DNA of 60,610 nucleotides, filler included, from Dugesia japonica (lineage: Eukaryota): the NCBI GenBank assembly GCA_001938525.1. It is 6 parts of 6 records of this genome, joined end to end, with 100 filler letters (N's around TTAATTAATTAA, not from the genome) between each part and the next. Parts side by side here need not be neighbours in the genome. Positions count along the whole stretch, not along the records: positions 9,965 to 18,616 come from MQRL01576750.1; positions 18,717 to 31,457 come from MQRL01349823.1; 4 more parts are not named here. One strand, written 5' to 3'. Of this stretch, positions 13,622 to 27,188 are shown in pieces. The notes below the pieces were generated by a model. That model had not been told where the DNA came from. It ran no database searches and was given only the letters and a program-made list of their open reading frames with translations. The position numbers and the translations under genes are program-made. Every line of letters starts with the position of its first letter. Position 1 is the stretch's first letter.

Positions 13622-15191
13622 TAACCAGGAAAATGTTCATTAAATTAATATTTTTTATTTCAATTTATATCTTGATAAGAAAATTATTTATTATTATTTA
13701 TATTACTTGATATAATTAAGAATGATGAATGTTTTGAATACATTGTTTATGATTAATGTGTATTTGTGTGTTTTACTATTTATTGTTGAAAATGTGAAAT
13801 AAATTTTAAAAAAATAAAATAAAAGTATTTTAATAAAGTCATGTAGTAGAAAAAAACAAAAAATATCCATTCTCTAATTATAACAGACGTTTTAATATTT
13901 TTTAGTTAATTATTTAGTAGACAAATACTGTCTTTCCATTATACATTTTATATTTGTTCAGGAGATTACCATTTCAACTTTTTATAAATTATAAATATTG
14001 ATAATGAAATAATTTGTTCAAAAAAAATATTTTATTTATTTATTATAATTATTAATTATAAATTTAACAATAAATTATCAATTATTAATTAATGATACAA
14101 AAATTAATATAATACATTATTTTAATATATTATTAAAAAGAGAATATTTAATGCAAACAATGTTATTTTATTTTATATATATTTTTTTTCAATGAATTTC
14201 AATGAAAGGAATAATTTCATTCATTTTATTTAATAATAAATTAAATAATTTGAAATAAATTGAATTATTAAAACATATTGAATACTATTCTATTTTCTCC
14301 AAAATAAATTACCACAATGTCCCACAAATAACCCACAGGTTAATTTAGAATTTACAAGCCTCTAAATTCTAGATTAACCAGTGTGTTATATCCGGGCAAA
14401 TAAGGTAACGACGTATTACTCACATTAAAAACTAATAACAATAAACCTTGAAGCAAATAATTTCCTTTAAAAGTACCGCTATTATTCAAACAATAATAAT
14501 CAAACAGTAATAATTTATGTAACATGTAATGCAATCAATAGATTTTCTAATATCAATTATTGTTCATTGATCCTTACGAAGAAATATGCGTTCAACCATT
14601 TTGAACAATNNNNNNNNNNNNNNNNNNNTAATTCTGATATTAAGAGAACCCAATACAATTCATTGATAGCGTTCATTCTGGATAGAAAATGCAAAAAATT
14701 GCAAATGTTTCCAATAAAATGAGAAACGTCCAAACAAATTCAGAGTAGTTTTAATCTACAATCTTGGCGGTTCTGCTCGATGAAACCACTCAATTCAAGA
14801 AACTTCTCCAGAGAAATAAAGATAGTTATATAACCTTGTACAACCCTGAGGCTCATATAAGCAACTATCCAGTGAAAACCTTTTCAACTCTTTTCTTCTT
14901 CAATTAGACAGTTTTATGAACTATCTTCTAATCTAGAATAATAGTCTTTATTGAAAAGTTTATTTGCTATTTATATATTATTAAACGCTTAAAGAAATTA
15001 AGTTTAAATTGCGATTTCAATACTTACTGCTGGTACCCACAATAAAGATCAAATTAAAATGTTTAAAACGTCTTGGATTCGTATTAAAGTTTAATCGATA
15101 ATATACCATCGTGTATTGGTTAGAGATATTAAAGGACATTAAAATTTTTATTTATTGTTTATATAATCAAAGAATCTTATAAAGTAATATT

Positions 15192-16711
15192 ATGCCAAAC
15201 TATAATAGATTGATAATTAACCAGATAAAAAACTTTTATACTGCTGAATTCAAATCAAAAGCAATAAGATATGCTGAAACTCATGGTAACAGAGCTACTA
15301 AAAAAAACTTTAAAGTGAACGAAAAACTAGTTAAAGATTTGAGAAGGAACAAGGATACTATTTCGATAATGAAAATGGAAAAAAGTCTANNNNNNNNNNN
15401 NNNNNNNNNNNNNNNGAATTAGAAAATATATTACTTGATTTTGTAATAGACTGAAGGTCGAGGTCTTTCAACAATTCAAATAAGGTTAAAAGCACAGGAT
15501 TTGGTAAAAGAAATGAAAATTGATAATTTTATGGGAGGTCATTCATGGTGTTACCGATTTATGTTGCGAAACAATCTTAGAATTAGACAAAGATCAACAA
15601 TTTCTCAACAGCTACCACGTGACTTTTTAGAGAAAGTTGGAATTTTCAAAATTATGTTACTGACAAAATATTTGAGTTTGATGTTACTCCGGATTTTAAA
15701 ATTAATATGGATGAAGTTCCATTAACATTTTATATTCCTTTGGGGATAAACTATCAATAAAAAAGAGGAAAACAATTTAAATATTAAAACTACAAGACAT
15801 TGAAAAACTCATTTTACTGTTGTGCTTGCTTTTTGTGCAAGTAATAAGCAGGTTCTTCCTATGCTGATTTTTAAGCGTAAAACTTTCTCATCTGGAAAAT
15901 TTCCGCATAATATTGTTATTGAAGTTAATGAGAAAGGATAGATTCATGAACATATGANAGAAAAATGACTAGAACATTGTTTTGTTAGACGCGCTGATCG
16001 ATTTTTTAAAAGACAAAAGGCACTATTGGTAATGGATAGTATGAAGGTGCATTTAACAGAGGGAATAAAGAATAAGATAAAATCTATAAACATCATACCA
16101 AATATTATTCCTAGTGACAAGACTAAATATAGCTACTATATATTTCTGTAAAAAAAAAGTATTTTACTTCAACTATGGGTAAATTGGATGACAGATGATG
16201 AACACAGTTTTACAAAAACTGGTCGAATGTGGCACAAAACTTTTAAAGAAGTATCTTATATGGTCACAACATCCTGGGACAAAGCTAGTGTGCAAATGAT
16301 TAAATCAGAATTCATCAAAATGGGAATTTTAAAAAGCATAGATAAAAGCGAAGATAATGATTATAATCACGATTATTTTGAAACCTCAAGTAACGAGGAT
16401 AAAGAAAATAAATGAGTTGGCACAAGAAATATGTCATTTATTCTACAGTGATACCAAAGATTTTGATGGGTTTTATTAAATCTATTTATTAAAAATCATT
16501 AACGATTAAAATGTGCCAGTTAGTTATGTTTTATTTATAATTAATTCTTTTATAATAAAAATCAATTATTTTCTTAAAATAAAATTGTTGTTATATATTA
16601 TTTTTATTTGATTTATAATTAATAATATCATAATATCTATTAATTTTAAAATATAAACAATTTAATTAAATTTTAATATACTTAATATGCAACTTATATT
16701 CAGTAGTCACT
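15192..16711 (+). mobile_element. pogo/Tigger (POGK-like) DNA transposon, decayed transposase plus right TIR-like end
   Basis: BrkDBD-like YTAEFKSKAIRYAETHGNRA; CENP-B HTH SWCYRFMLRNNLRIRQRST; DDE_1 motifs INMDEVPL, FTVVLAFCAS, LLVMDSMKVH and FTKTGR; end sequence ..acccggtaattacggt at ~16710. Confidence 0.9.
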
Positions 16712-17127
16712 TTTAACCCGGTAATTACGGTTTTTCAGATTTCATTAAAATAAAAGTTTTGCTCAAATTTTTTTTTTTGGATTGGTAAAAAAATATTTTC
16801 TTATGGATTAAAAAAATTAATTTGTTCCATTTAAAAATTGTATAATTTAATTAATAATAACCAATAGATAATTACCTAAGAAAAAGAAACCGAAGTATCA
16901 GAAATATAATTAGCTTTCGAATTTACTAAAGATAGAAATTGATAAACCACATAACAATCAGCATTAAGAGTGAAAGGTGACAGTTTAAATAAATATATGC
17001 GAAAACAAATATATAAAGAATAAAGGGAAAATGAAGAAAGAAAACAATTATTATATGTTGATTTGTTTTTCTAATTTATTTGGTAGTTATCCGAATTTTT
17101 ACTAATTTCTTTTTTAGTATTAGTAGT

Positions 17128-17285
17128 AATTAATTAGTATTAATTAATTAATATTTATTAATTAGTATTAATTGATTAATATTTATTAATTAGTATTAAT
17201 TAATTAATATTTATTAATTAGTATTAATTAATTAATATTTATTAATTAGTATTTATTAATTAATATTTATTAATTAGTATTAATT
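17128..17285. repeat. 28-bp AT-rich tandem repeat, ~5.5 copies
   Basis: Unit taattagtattaattaattaatatttat. Confidence 0.9.
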
Positions 17286-18785
17286 CCTGAAGATGCTATC
17301 AACGGTTAAATTCAATAATTATTCTCACATTAATTGTAATTGTAAAATAGCAAATTAGATAATAAAATAATAATTACAGCCTCGATAATATGACCGAGAA
17401 AATGGAATTATGAAATTAAACAAGAAATTAACTGGATAGAATAAATAAAAATAAAATAATAAAATTATAATTATCAAAGAAAAGAAAATAAATAGTTTAG
17501 AAAATCTAAGTAAAACTTCCAAGAGAAAGTAGAAATCGTATACTTAACGATATAGTCGAAATTAATAATCAAAATTCAAATAAAAAACTAAAATAAATCA
17601 AATATACATTTTATACATTTTGATGTATAAATTCACATTTTTTCAATCTAAAAATAAATCATTTGAACAATGTTTATTCTTTATTAAAATTAAAATACAA
17701 ATAACAAATAAAAAAACAACTATTATCTCATGTTATAATCAAACAAAATAAAATTTAAAAAATAATTTAAAATTTAATATTAAATTTTATCTAATCAGAT
17801 TAAAAGTATAAATATAATTAGGATATTACATTTAATAATTAATAGAAAAAAAAATTTAATATGACATATTTAATTTAAAAATAAGAAATTAAAATATATA
17901 TTTTTTGTTTTAATTTTCATAAGTTAAACTCACCAAAATGAAAATAAAAATAAAATTTTATAATATTTTGAGTGAAAATTTTGTCTTAGTAATACTAATG
18001 GATGTAATTATTCTATGCACAGACAAGTTTTGATTTGCATTATGACAAAAGAAACAATAAAAAACAAAAAAAAGAGTAATTACTATTAATTATTGCTATG
18101 TCAACAGTTGGAACAATATCTATGTAATTGTTAAAATTAAAAAAAATTTTACTATCGAAAATTTTAACAATAAAATAAATTATTAAAACAAATCATGTTT
18201 TAATTATTACTTTAAAAAATAATAAAAAAATCAATATTATATTAAGCATATTGAAACGTGATTATTAAAAGGTTTAAACAAACAAAAGGGATAATTTAGA
18301 ACAAATAAAATTCGTTATGATGTTCTATTTATTTCTTCTTCTAAAAAAGTAATATGCTGTTTTATGGTTCTATTTTTAATAATTGCCATTTAATCTGCAG
18401 TAATTAAAATATTTATTTGTAATGATTTATCGCTGAATGGTTGTTTGAATTTGTTGAAAATGAATATCGTTTGATTGATAATTATATAAACAATTGGCTT
18501 TTCAATTTTGTTAATTATGTCATAATTATAATATCGAGTAAAATACATCGGATAAATTAGAAATTGAAAATTAAATATCAGAATGAATTTTAAGAATTAT
18601 AATTTGAATAATAATANNNNNNNNNNNNNNNNNNNNNNNNNNNNNNNNNNNNNNNNNNNNTTAATTAATTAANNNNNNNNNNNNNNNNNNNNNNNNNNNN
18701 NNNNNNNNNNNNNNNNAAGCAAATTAAAATCAAAGATCGAATTAATCAGAAATAAAATAACATCAAAAGCCTAGCAACCCAACAC

Positions 18786-19055
18786 TTTCATTAAAATAAA
18801 GAAAAAGCTTCGATCAAAAATAAAATTAATTTGTATAGAAATTTAAATTTTAAACAATAGTCTTCTTCAGGAAAATGATGACTTCTTGATAGATTCAACA
18901 CAATAGATCTTTGTTACATAATTCTTTAGATTTTATTGAAATTTTATTTATCTGAATTTCTATACAAATAAATGTTATTTTTGATCGAAGCTTTTTCTTG
19001 ATTTTAATGAAATCTCAAATGAGATCAATGGTTAAGTCCAACAATAATTGTAATT
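18786..19055. repeat. Inverted pair of the HHR/Penelope-like repeat (60-bp arms at 18786-18845 and 18953-19012)
   Basis: Arms are ~56/60 complementary; the minus strand carries CTGAAGA-A-GAC-tatt-GTT-TAAA-ATTTAAAT-TTC at ~18870-18838. Confidence 0.8.
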
Positions 19056-19099
19056 ATAAAATTCTTTAAAACTATTTAGTTGATGATTTTTAGCCCTCT

Positions 19100-20300
19100 A
19101 AACTGATTTACTGTGACCCATTGATCGTTGTTTTAACAGTTTAGCTATGATTGGTGTTTTATGTCAGTATCTTTTAATTTTACACACTCTGCTTTCATGC
19201 TCTCTTTTTCACTAAGAGGGCGAAAATATTTAAGTCTCAAAAACATCCATTCCCTATAATGTCTCTCTTATTCTCGTCCTTACATTTCCCCACCACAGAA
19301 TTTAAATTGTTACTGTAAAGATGGTGATGTGTACTATAGTTTGTAGTATCAAGTAGCTTATTCTTTACCATGTGTGCTAATAGTTTCTCTATCTTTATGG
19401 TTTTAATATAATGGAAGAAACTATCAGTATCTCTGGTTATTATATTAATTTCACAACTTTCTTCTTTTCTATATTTATTGAGCTCGATAAATTGGAGCTG
19501 ATATATCATCAATTTTGACAGATTAAGAACTGTTTGACTGACATAACTTGGTAGATGCAAACAAACTAATTCCTTATTTAATAGGACAATAATCAAATAG
19601 TTATCAATCTTAATAGATTTTCTACAGCTCGGCTTTGGGGTATAGGTTACAAGTATTTAGCCATATCATAAAGTTGTAGATTTAAACTTTTTTTCTAATT
19701 CTCCCAGTTTTACCATAAAGACTGTTGTTGAGTAACTTGTAGCAATTTTTCTTCAAGTCACACTTGGTCTGTGATCTTAACTTTGTATTGTTATCCATAC
19801 ATTTTTTAAAGATGTGATTCTGATTAAACTTAAAATCTCTATGCACTTAAGTAATTTCTACATCTAAATTTATATACATCTAGTGGCCTACACTCTTCAA
19901 GTATTTGATCTAATCCAGTATGAATCCACTCAAAATCTTAAAGAAATAGCTTGTAGTTTAGCGCTTATTCGTAAAAATTATTTTATCTATATACAACAAA
20001 TTTGTATTTTCATACTTAGCTACATAGTACTTATTTAAAAAAAAGTTAATCCCCACTTGAATTCGCCTTCAAAAATCGTGTAAATCTCGTTCATCATATA
20101 GTCTAATTAATTTTTGCAGCTAGTAATATTCCATATTTCTATAGACTTCTGATATGCTTCTTCACTGACTATGGGTGTGAGTTGTTTCTTCGAAAAAATC
20201 AAAATTGTTGGCGATTTCATATAGAAAAATCCCTTTTGATGATATTATTCCATTGTCATTAAACTCATTTGTTATCAAAGGTGTAATTTTTATTAATAAA
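19100..20300 (-). mobile_element. Polinton/Maverick-type protein-primed DNA polymerase B pseudogene
   Basis: Motifs in correct order: LLYID..NNFY (motif A), VHRDFKFNQ, YKLLNNSLYGKT (motif B), YVSQTVLNLSKL, TRDTDSFF (motif C), LDTTNY, VVGKCKDE. Frameshifted. Confidence 0.9.
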
Positions 20301-20339
20301 TGATGTCTCAAAATATTAGTTTTGATTTGGAAAATGAAT

Positions 20340-21075
20340 TACCAATTGAAGATTTAACTAACAATCGCCATTTTAAATATAATCCTCAATAAAAAATTAC
20401 TTAAAACAACTTAAACTCATAACGTTAATCCAAGCCTCTGTATCGAAAAGACATTCAACGTTGTCCTTGAACTGATATTGTCACACTTTATCTGTTCTGT
20501 AATTTATGGTACGAAATATTGGTTTTCGGTTTTGCTTCAAGTGTTGCACCCCATTCTACTTTTCTATCATCCGCAAAATTTTCCCTCTATAAAAACCTGT
20601 ATACTTTTTCTGAAACTTTCACGATATCATCCCACTTTTCGACCACTTGAGGATAATCACACACTTCATTTAAGCATGGATAACTCCAACCAACTTCTCT
20701 AGTGGCAGAGCCCTGTCTTTTGGGTACTGTTTTCTGAAGTCACTTTCATATACTTCCACATATTCATTATTCATATCAACTTCTTCATCTGCAATCGCAC
20801 GTATTCGATTATATCGGTTTCCTGACCCTCCAGTAGTCACAAATTTCTCAGTTGTTCTTTTCATTTTCAAATTGGTGTAGCACTCTTCTGCCCTATGTCT
20901 ACAATTTCCACATCGTATACACCTCACCTCTTGATATAACCTTCTAACATGATTCAACTTTCCACCACCAAAGCCTTTCGTAGGCTTTTTATCTGGACAC
21001 ACTTGACTTATATGTTCTTTTTATGACAAGTATAACTATCTACTACTTTTTTGACGAGCAATTTGCTTTAATATA
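20340..21075 (-). mobile_element. Ty3/Gypsy gag-protease fragment (same family as 47.1-50.4 kb)
   Basis: RCIRCGNCRHRAEECYTNLKM knuckle and protease VECLFDTEAWINVMS; high nucleotide similarity to 49500-50130. Confidence 0.9.
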
Positions 21076-21469
21076 ACCGATCTTATGGCATAATTAATGG
21101 CTATTATTCAGATAAAAAATATGATTATTATCTGATGATCACGTATGACGTGGAAGAGTTACGGTACATGCAAGTATTATTTTATTGAAAATATTTTTCT
21201 GAAACCAAACTTAGTTATTTTCAAATTTTGTAACATTAATCTGTTTTAGTAAAATTACTATTCGATAATTAATTTTGTTGCAAGTAGACTTTATGCGTAA
21301 TAACATATGCTATTCATTTCTAAAATAAATTTATCAGAAATTCAATTAATATCAAAATATCGGTAGAAAATAAAAACATAAATTTCATTTAGTAAAACAA
21401 ACTATTTGCATAGAAAAATATTTATTTATCATATTCTTTATTAAAAATAATAATAGTTACTATTATTAT

Positions 21470-21666
21470 TCAGTTATCTTTTATGTTAATGCCGTTCTTT
21501 ATAAAATTAATAAATCGTTTGCCATACTGTTCAGGTTCCATTGAGGTCATCTCAGCATCTTTTCCTAATTTTACTGCTTTACAAGTTTGTTCAGTTTTTT
21601 TTTTCATTCCATATTTTTTTAATGTACTAATGATTCCAAAATAGTACTGATGTTCTTTGTTTTTGT
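21470..21666 (-). CDS. PIP4K2-like (type II PIP kinase) gene, terminal exon
   Basis: AG acceptor at 21667-21668; DKNKEHQYYFGIISTLKKYGMKKKTEQTCKAVKLGKDAEMTSMEPEQYGKRFINFI aligns with the PIP4K2 C-terminus (..[45 protein letters not shown]). Confidence 0.9.
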
Positions 21667-23439
21667 CTGTTAAAATAAAATAATAAATTTTACTTAAAAT
21701 AATACAAATAATTTTTTTGTTCATATTTAATAATTAATCTTTTTAAAAAATAGTATTGGTATATAGCCCACGACAGTTGAGCTTCGTAGAACACGGAATT
21801 TGAACAGACACACAAAATACCAGAAAATCGAAACGTCTTCAACAAAATCAAACAAAGTAAATAAATAACAAAAAATGTAAAAACAATGAGGGTCTATCCT
21901 CTACGGATTAATTTTAATGATTTATTTAACAGTTGACTTTGAATTCTTGACCATTTTGCAGATATTGGCATTGACGACTAGCTGCTTTTTATTTTATAAA
22001 GGTTAGATAGTTGCAACGGTGTGCATTCAAGACTGGATGTGAACGATCGGGAGCATTGCTACTAGATATGCACATACTGTAATCGAGCTTAACATAGTTA
22101 AAACCACGCAAGCTAATTGATAAGTTCAATTATTAACAAACTCGGTTGAATGCTAATGGATACTCCTTCATCGAATGCGGTAATGTAATGGTATAGATTG
22201 AAAAGAAAACTGTTATTGAAACAATGTATGAAAATAAATTTTAATGATAATTGTGATAATCATGTTATTTAAACATACAAAATTAAAAATTATTTTTCTT
22301 GGTGGATCATTTAATTTTAATATTGTCGAGGAACATCTAATATTAATGGACCATGCAGCATATAATGTCATAGGCATAGAATAGTATGTTCAGGAAATTT
22401 CTAATGTCGGGTGGAATCAATAAAGGGAATTCATAAATATCTCATTGTTTGAACCCTGGAACAACTAAATTCCTGAGTCACTTCGCAAGTGCTGGGTGAT
22501 CCAGTGCTGATGTTTCGATTCCACTGGCTTGAATAAGAAAAATTAATTTAAACGTAAATTGTTTCAGCAGTGTCTTCTTCGTCACATGAATTCATCAAGA
22601 TGTGAGAGTATCGTTTAAAATCTTTATTTTAACTGCTTTTTGTATGAAAAATAAGAGATCAGTACAGTTAATATAGACATGTGTAAGCTAAATATTAATG
22701 GTTATACAAGACAATTATGCTAAGTGAAGATAAATCGAGTTAAAACCATCGGTATATGTTGGAAACTTGTCAATCCAAATATTATTCTTCATATAAATGG
22801 ACAGATAGTTTATTGTGCTCTATCAGATACGAATTAGAAATAAATATTTTCTGGTGCCACATCAAATATTTCGAAAACTCAATCCTATCCAACATATCTT
22901 CTGAATTTACGCGATTATTTAAATAATAAATAAATTTTAACTCGACACTTTCAAGAATTATAGGATCTTATTCTTATTTTTGAGTAAATATCTCTCCGTA
23001 TGGGTAAAAACACTCAGTTTCTATTAAAGAAGTATAAATTTCTTCTAGAATCATCGGGCTTGTTATTAACTGTTTAAATAATATTATTAGAGAATTGAAA
23101 ATTCTAAGACGCTCATCATTGAATTCAGAAGAGTTCTAGTAGTCATGAAATATTTATTAAAAAAAATAAAAGATAAAAATTTAATTTTGTTTTATTCAAA
23201 CAAATTAAATAAACTAATTATTTGAGATCGAATTTTACTTTTGGAAATTTTCATTAAAAAATTGTAAAAATTTATTTTGTCATTATTTATTAATTTTAAA
23301 ATTTATCTTACAGAGTTTAGCATTTTTTTATTAAAAGTTTGCATTTTAATATTAACAAATAAAATAAAATAAATTCATGATTTTATTTTTTAATAATAAC
23401 TAATAAATACCAAAAGCAATCATCCAAATAAAAGGTTGT

Positions 23440-23830
23440 AACTCACATGATTTTTCAATCCATTCTCTCATATGTCGAAATAAACCCACACATTCATTTT
23501 CAAAATTATTTTGAAATATTTCATTTAAACGTTCATCAATCGACTGGAAATGTTGTCGTGAAGCAGGGAATCGGTTTTATATGATGGACAAAACTCCTCT
23601 ATTGGGTTTAATTGACGAGTGTAAGGTATTTGAAAAAAATGTTGTTTTCAAGTAAAATATTTTTAATGGCTGGGCTGTGGTGAAACTTTGCGTTATCCAT
23701 TATTAAAATTTTACTCGGATTTATTCTAAAATAAGGGATGAGATTCGATTCAATAAAATTAAGAAATGTTTCTGAATTAAACGCTTCTTTTTTTACTTGA
23801 ATTTCTTCTTCGAATAGTTTCACTTATTTT
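23440..23830 (-). mobile_element. IS630/Tc1-type (DDE_3) transposase fragment in the PIP4K-like intron
   Basis: FNSETFLNFI...LIMDNAKFHHS...FKYL followed, after a frameshift, by LNPIEE. Confidence 0.85.
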
Positions 23831-24125
23831 TGCGCTTTGAGATATGAATTGCACGTTTTGATTAATTTGATGAATAACTTTTAAAAAAGTTTCTCTACAT
23901 GGACATACATTTTTTTATAACGTTTTATTTTCTAATATTTTAACCACTTAATGTCGAACTTTATGAAGTCTTATTATTAATAAATAAATAAATTTACAAA
24001 TTTTTCATAAATAATAAAATCAAAATAGAACTTGAAGAATTTTCAATTACATTGAAATTTAAAAATAAATTTTAAATTTAAGTTTAAAATATTTTAAAAA
24101 TTACAATCTCATACATAATAAATAC

Positions 24126-24185
24126 CTGAACTTTCAATAAAGAATCTCTCGATAATATAATCAATACTTTCAATCTGTGAAGATT
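24126..24185 (-). CDS. PIP4K2-like gene, internal 60-nt exon
   Basis: tttag|..|gtatt boundaries, phase 1-1; reads ESSQIESIDYIIERFFIESS and joins both neighbouring exons in frame. Confidence 0.7.
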
Positions 24186-25998
24186 CTAAAATAATCAGCC
24201 AAATATTATTTAATACAAAATTTTATAATAAAAAAAATTGATTTGAAATTTTCATTGACTTATAGTAGGGGTCAGTAACAGCACACATTCAAACCCCCAG
24301 AATAAGTGATGTAATAAAACTAAATCTCTGTGTTTTTAGTTGCAAATTTAAAAATAACATCATATTAGGTAATATTACGTTAAATTTCCCGTGTATTTAG
24401 TTGGGAAAAATATTTTGCACGCAAATTATGTAATTGGATTAATTTCATCGTTTAGATGTTACGTAATAGGATTAACTGTTTATAAATTTTTCCTATGTTT
24501 TTAGTTTGCGAGCAAAATTTATATGCGATTAGACAACTTTTGATCGCCCTTTTTTTAATGTACCCAAATATTTTAGGCTTATTAGGCGGTATTATTTTTC
24601 AAGCTTTTTATCTGGGAAAATTTTTTATGGGAATCCGGGTGAACAGCCCATGTTGTTTAAATAATATGAAAATTTAAAATTTTCTAAATCAAATTTTTAT
24701 GGGAATCCGGGTAAACATCCCAAATTTTATCAACAAAGTATCTATTCGATAGAGAAAATTTTGCTGATTCTAAATATGTTAACTTAAAATTGCTAAAGTT
24801 AATACTCGATGAAATAAAGGAGGTTTTGTCACGAAAATTGCAAATTTTGAATTTTGGCGCTCAATGTTTTTTGCGTACATAATAGCTATGGACTAAAATT
24901 TCTGTCCTTAAACTCAGAAGGAAAAAGTGACTGTAAAAAGATAAGATATCGTCTCGGCAAAAATGCTTCCTAACGAAGATATATAGCTGTCCTCCCGGAA
25001 TAGTCAATTTTTATCGATAAAAATAAAAGGTATCTCAAAAGTTATTGAAATTAATACCATTCGTAGGGAAGTTTACGTTGAGTAAGAATATGTGAACCTA
25101 AAATCGTCAAACCTTATGGATAAAAGTTATATAGAAAACATATACTTAATTTGAAAGTCTGATAACAGGAACCTAAAAATAGATTGATAATTTACTCGAT
25201 GACGTTCATTTTTAGGTGAATTTCGGTCATGAATTTACATGATGAGGTTGATTCAGGTCAACCTTAGTTAATTTCGGTCATGAATTTACTTGATGAGGTC
25301 GATTTGTTCTACGTTTTTACTGGTTTTGGCTCCTTTAAGTGATAATTTACTCTTCCTTGGTCTTTTCTCTCACTTATTGATTTTCCCATTCTTTAAAGAT
25401 CTTCATTTTTCACCTAATTTCTGTGATCAATGCTCTGTCCACTGTAGACTAGTCTTCAGTCATTAATACTCTGCTCGCTTTTCACAGGTCTTCAAATCTT
25501 TATTGGTTTTCTCACTCTTTCCAGGTCCTCAATCATCAATACTCTGCTCACTGTGCACGAATTACGCAGTTATTTATTTTTAGTTAAAAATTTAAAACAC
25601 TAAATATTATTATTAATTATAATAATTTAATCTAATAATAGTTAATTATATATAGAATAGGAAATTGATAAAAATTATCCAATATTTAGTAAATTGATAA
25701 TTGGCTAGTTGTATGTGAACATATATTGTATGTAGACCTGCAAAAAATAAAGGAGCACGCTGAGACTCGACTACATTCCTGATTGTAAACTCTAATCCTA
25801 TAAACGCTTATACCGGATATCTCTTGTAACGATAACTTTCTTCGGTTCCAAGTCATACGTTAAAAACAAGATAAATTCTATTAAAACAAAGTGGAGTTTA
25901 GAAAATTGTTATTTATTATTATACTTAAAATTTGTAAAGTCAATCAATCATTTGATTACAATAAATAATATTCAACAATATAAAATCTAATAGCGAAC

Positions 25999-26110
25999 CT
26001 CTATTCATTGGTAGAATGTCTTGATAGTTTGTTTTTATAACATTTGTCCCAAGCTTGTTGTGAATACCAATCAACAAACGATAATTAGTGAACTTTCTTG
26101 ACTGGAGAAA
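25999..26110 (-). CDS. PIP4K2-like gene, catalytic-loop exon
   Basis: AG/GT boundaries; FLQSRKFTNYRLLIGIH aligns with FLAQLKLMDYSLLVGIH. Confidence 0.88.
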
Positions 26111-26440
26111 CTTAAAGTAAAATCATCAGAATTAATTTTTAAAAAATGCTAATAATTGTATGATCTAAGTATTATTAATTTTTTAAAAAAAGCCTACTTT
26201 TGACAAAATAATTCAATGGATAAATGCTTTAATAATAGCACATTTTTAAAATTGAAATAAACGAAATATAATTAGGAAAAAATCCATTTCTTACCTCGAA
26301 AAAAAAATCTCAAATAATGAATTTGTAAAAAATTAAAATAAATATATTTGAATAAAATATTCTAAGTGATTTTTTAATTAATTATTTCTTTTATGATTTT
26401 TAATATTTAGTAGAAAAGTTTTAGAATTCAACTAAAATAC

Positions 26441-26554
26441 CTTTACATCAGATTCCAATATCTTTATCAATTGAAAACTTTGTTTTGAATTCATTATTAA
26501 TTTTCGTCCATTTTTCAAGAAGTCACCATCTTTATAAGCTGTTAAAGTTTTAGT
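26441..26554 (-). CDS. PIP4K2-like gene, internal 114-nt exon
   Basis: ttacag|..|gtattt, phase 0-0; TAYKDGDFLKNGRKL...ILESDVK aligns with TLKDNDFINEGQKI...KLKKDVE. Confidence 0.88.
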
Positions 26555-26749
26555 CTGTAATAAATGATATCATATAATAACATATTTGTCATATACAAAA
26601 ATTTGACAACTTTTGTTATTGAAAGCCAATTTTATGTAAAGTGTCCTGAATTTGACTTATACTTTGAAATGTTAAAAATACGAATACATATAATAAAAAA
26701 CTAGTGTGAGGACGTGAGAACCAATTACTATATAAATAAAACTATAAAT

Positions 26750-27188
26750 CAGAGCTGTCCCACTTATCTTAGCGCGAAGGGCTATTTTTTCTTTAGCAAA
26801 CATATCGGCGACAGAAATTACTTTGGAGCCACCAATCAAGTTTTTCCGCTGTAAATTATTATTGGCAGTTGTACCCAGTCGAATTAAGTGAAGTTTTCTA
26901 GCGCGTTAATACTCAAAGAATTTTGCTAGCTAAAACATTCAACCTTGTAATCAATATTTAAGACAATAACTTTTGAAAATTAATAAAGTAAAGATATGTT
27001 TCGATTCAAGTAAATAACCAATATTATCTCTTCAATTTTTGGTTAATATTGATTTCCTTCGTTAGTACTTGCGAACTTTCATAAAAAGAAATACATTAAT
27101 TAGAATCAATATATTTATTTGATTTAAAATGTACTATAACTCGCAGGCCGTAAAAAATATTTCACGGGACTCCAATTGGATAGCGCTG
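26750..27188. mobile_element. hAT (Charlie-like) MITE
   Basis: Imperfect TIRs cagagctgtcc / ggatagcgctg and a perfect 8-bp TSD ctataaat (26742-26749, 27189-27196). Confidence 0.9.
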
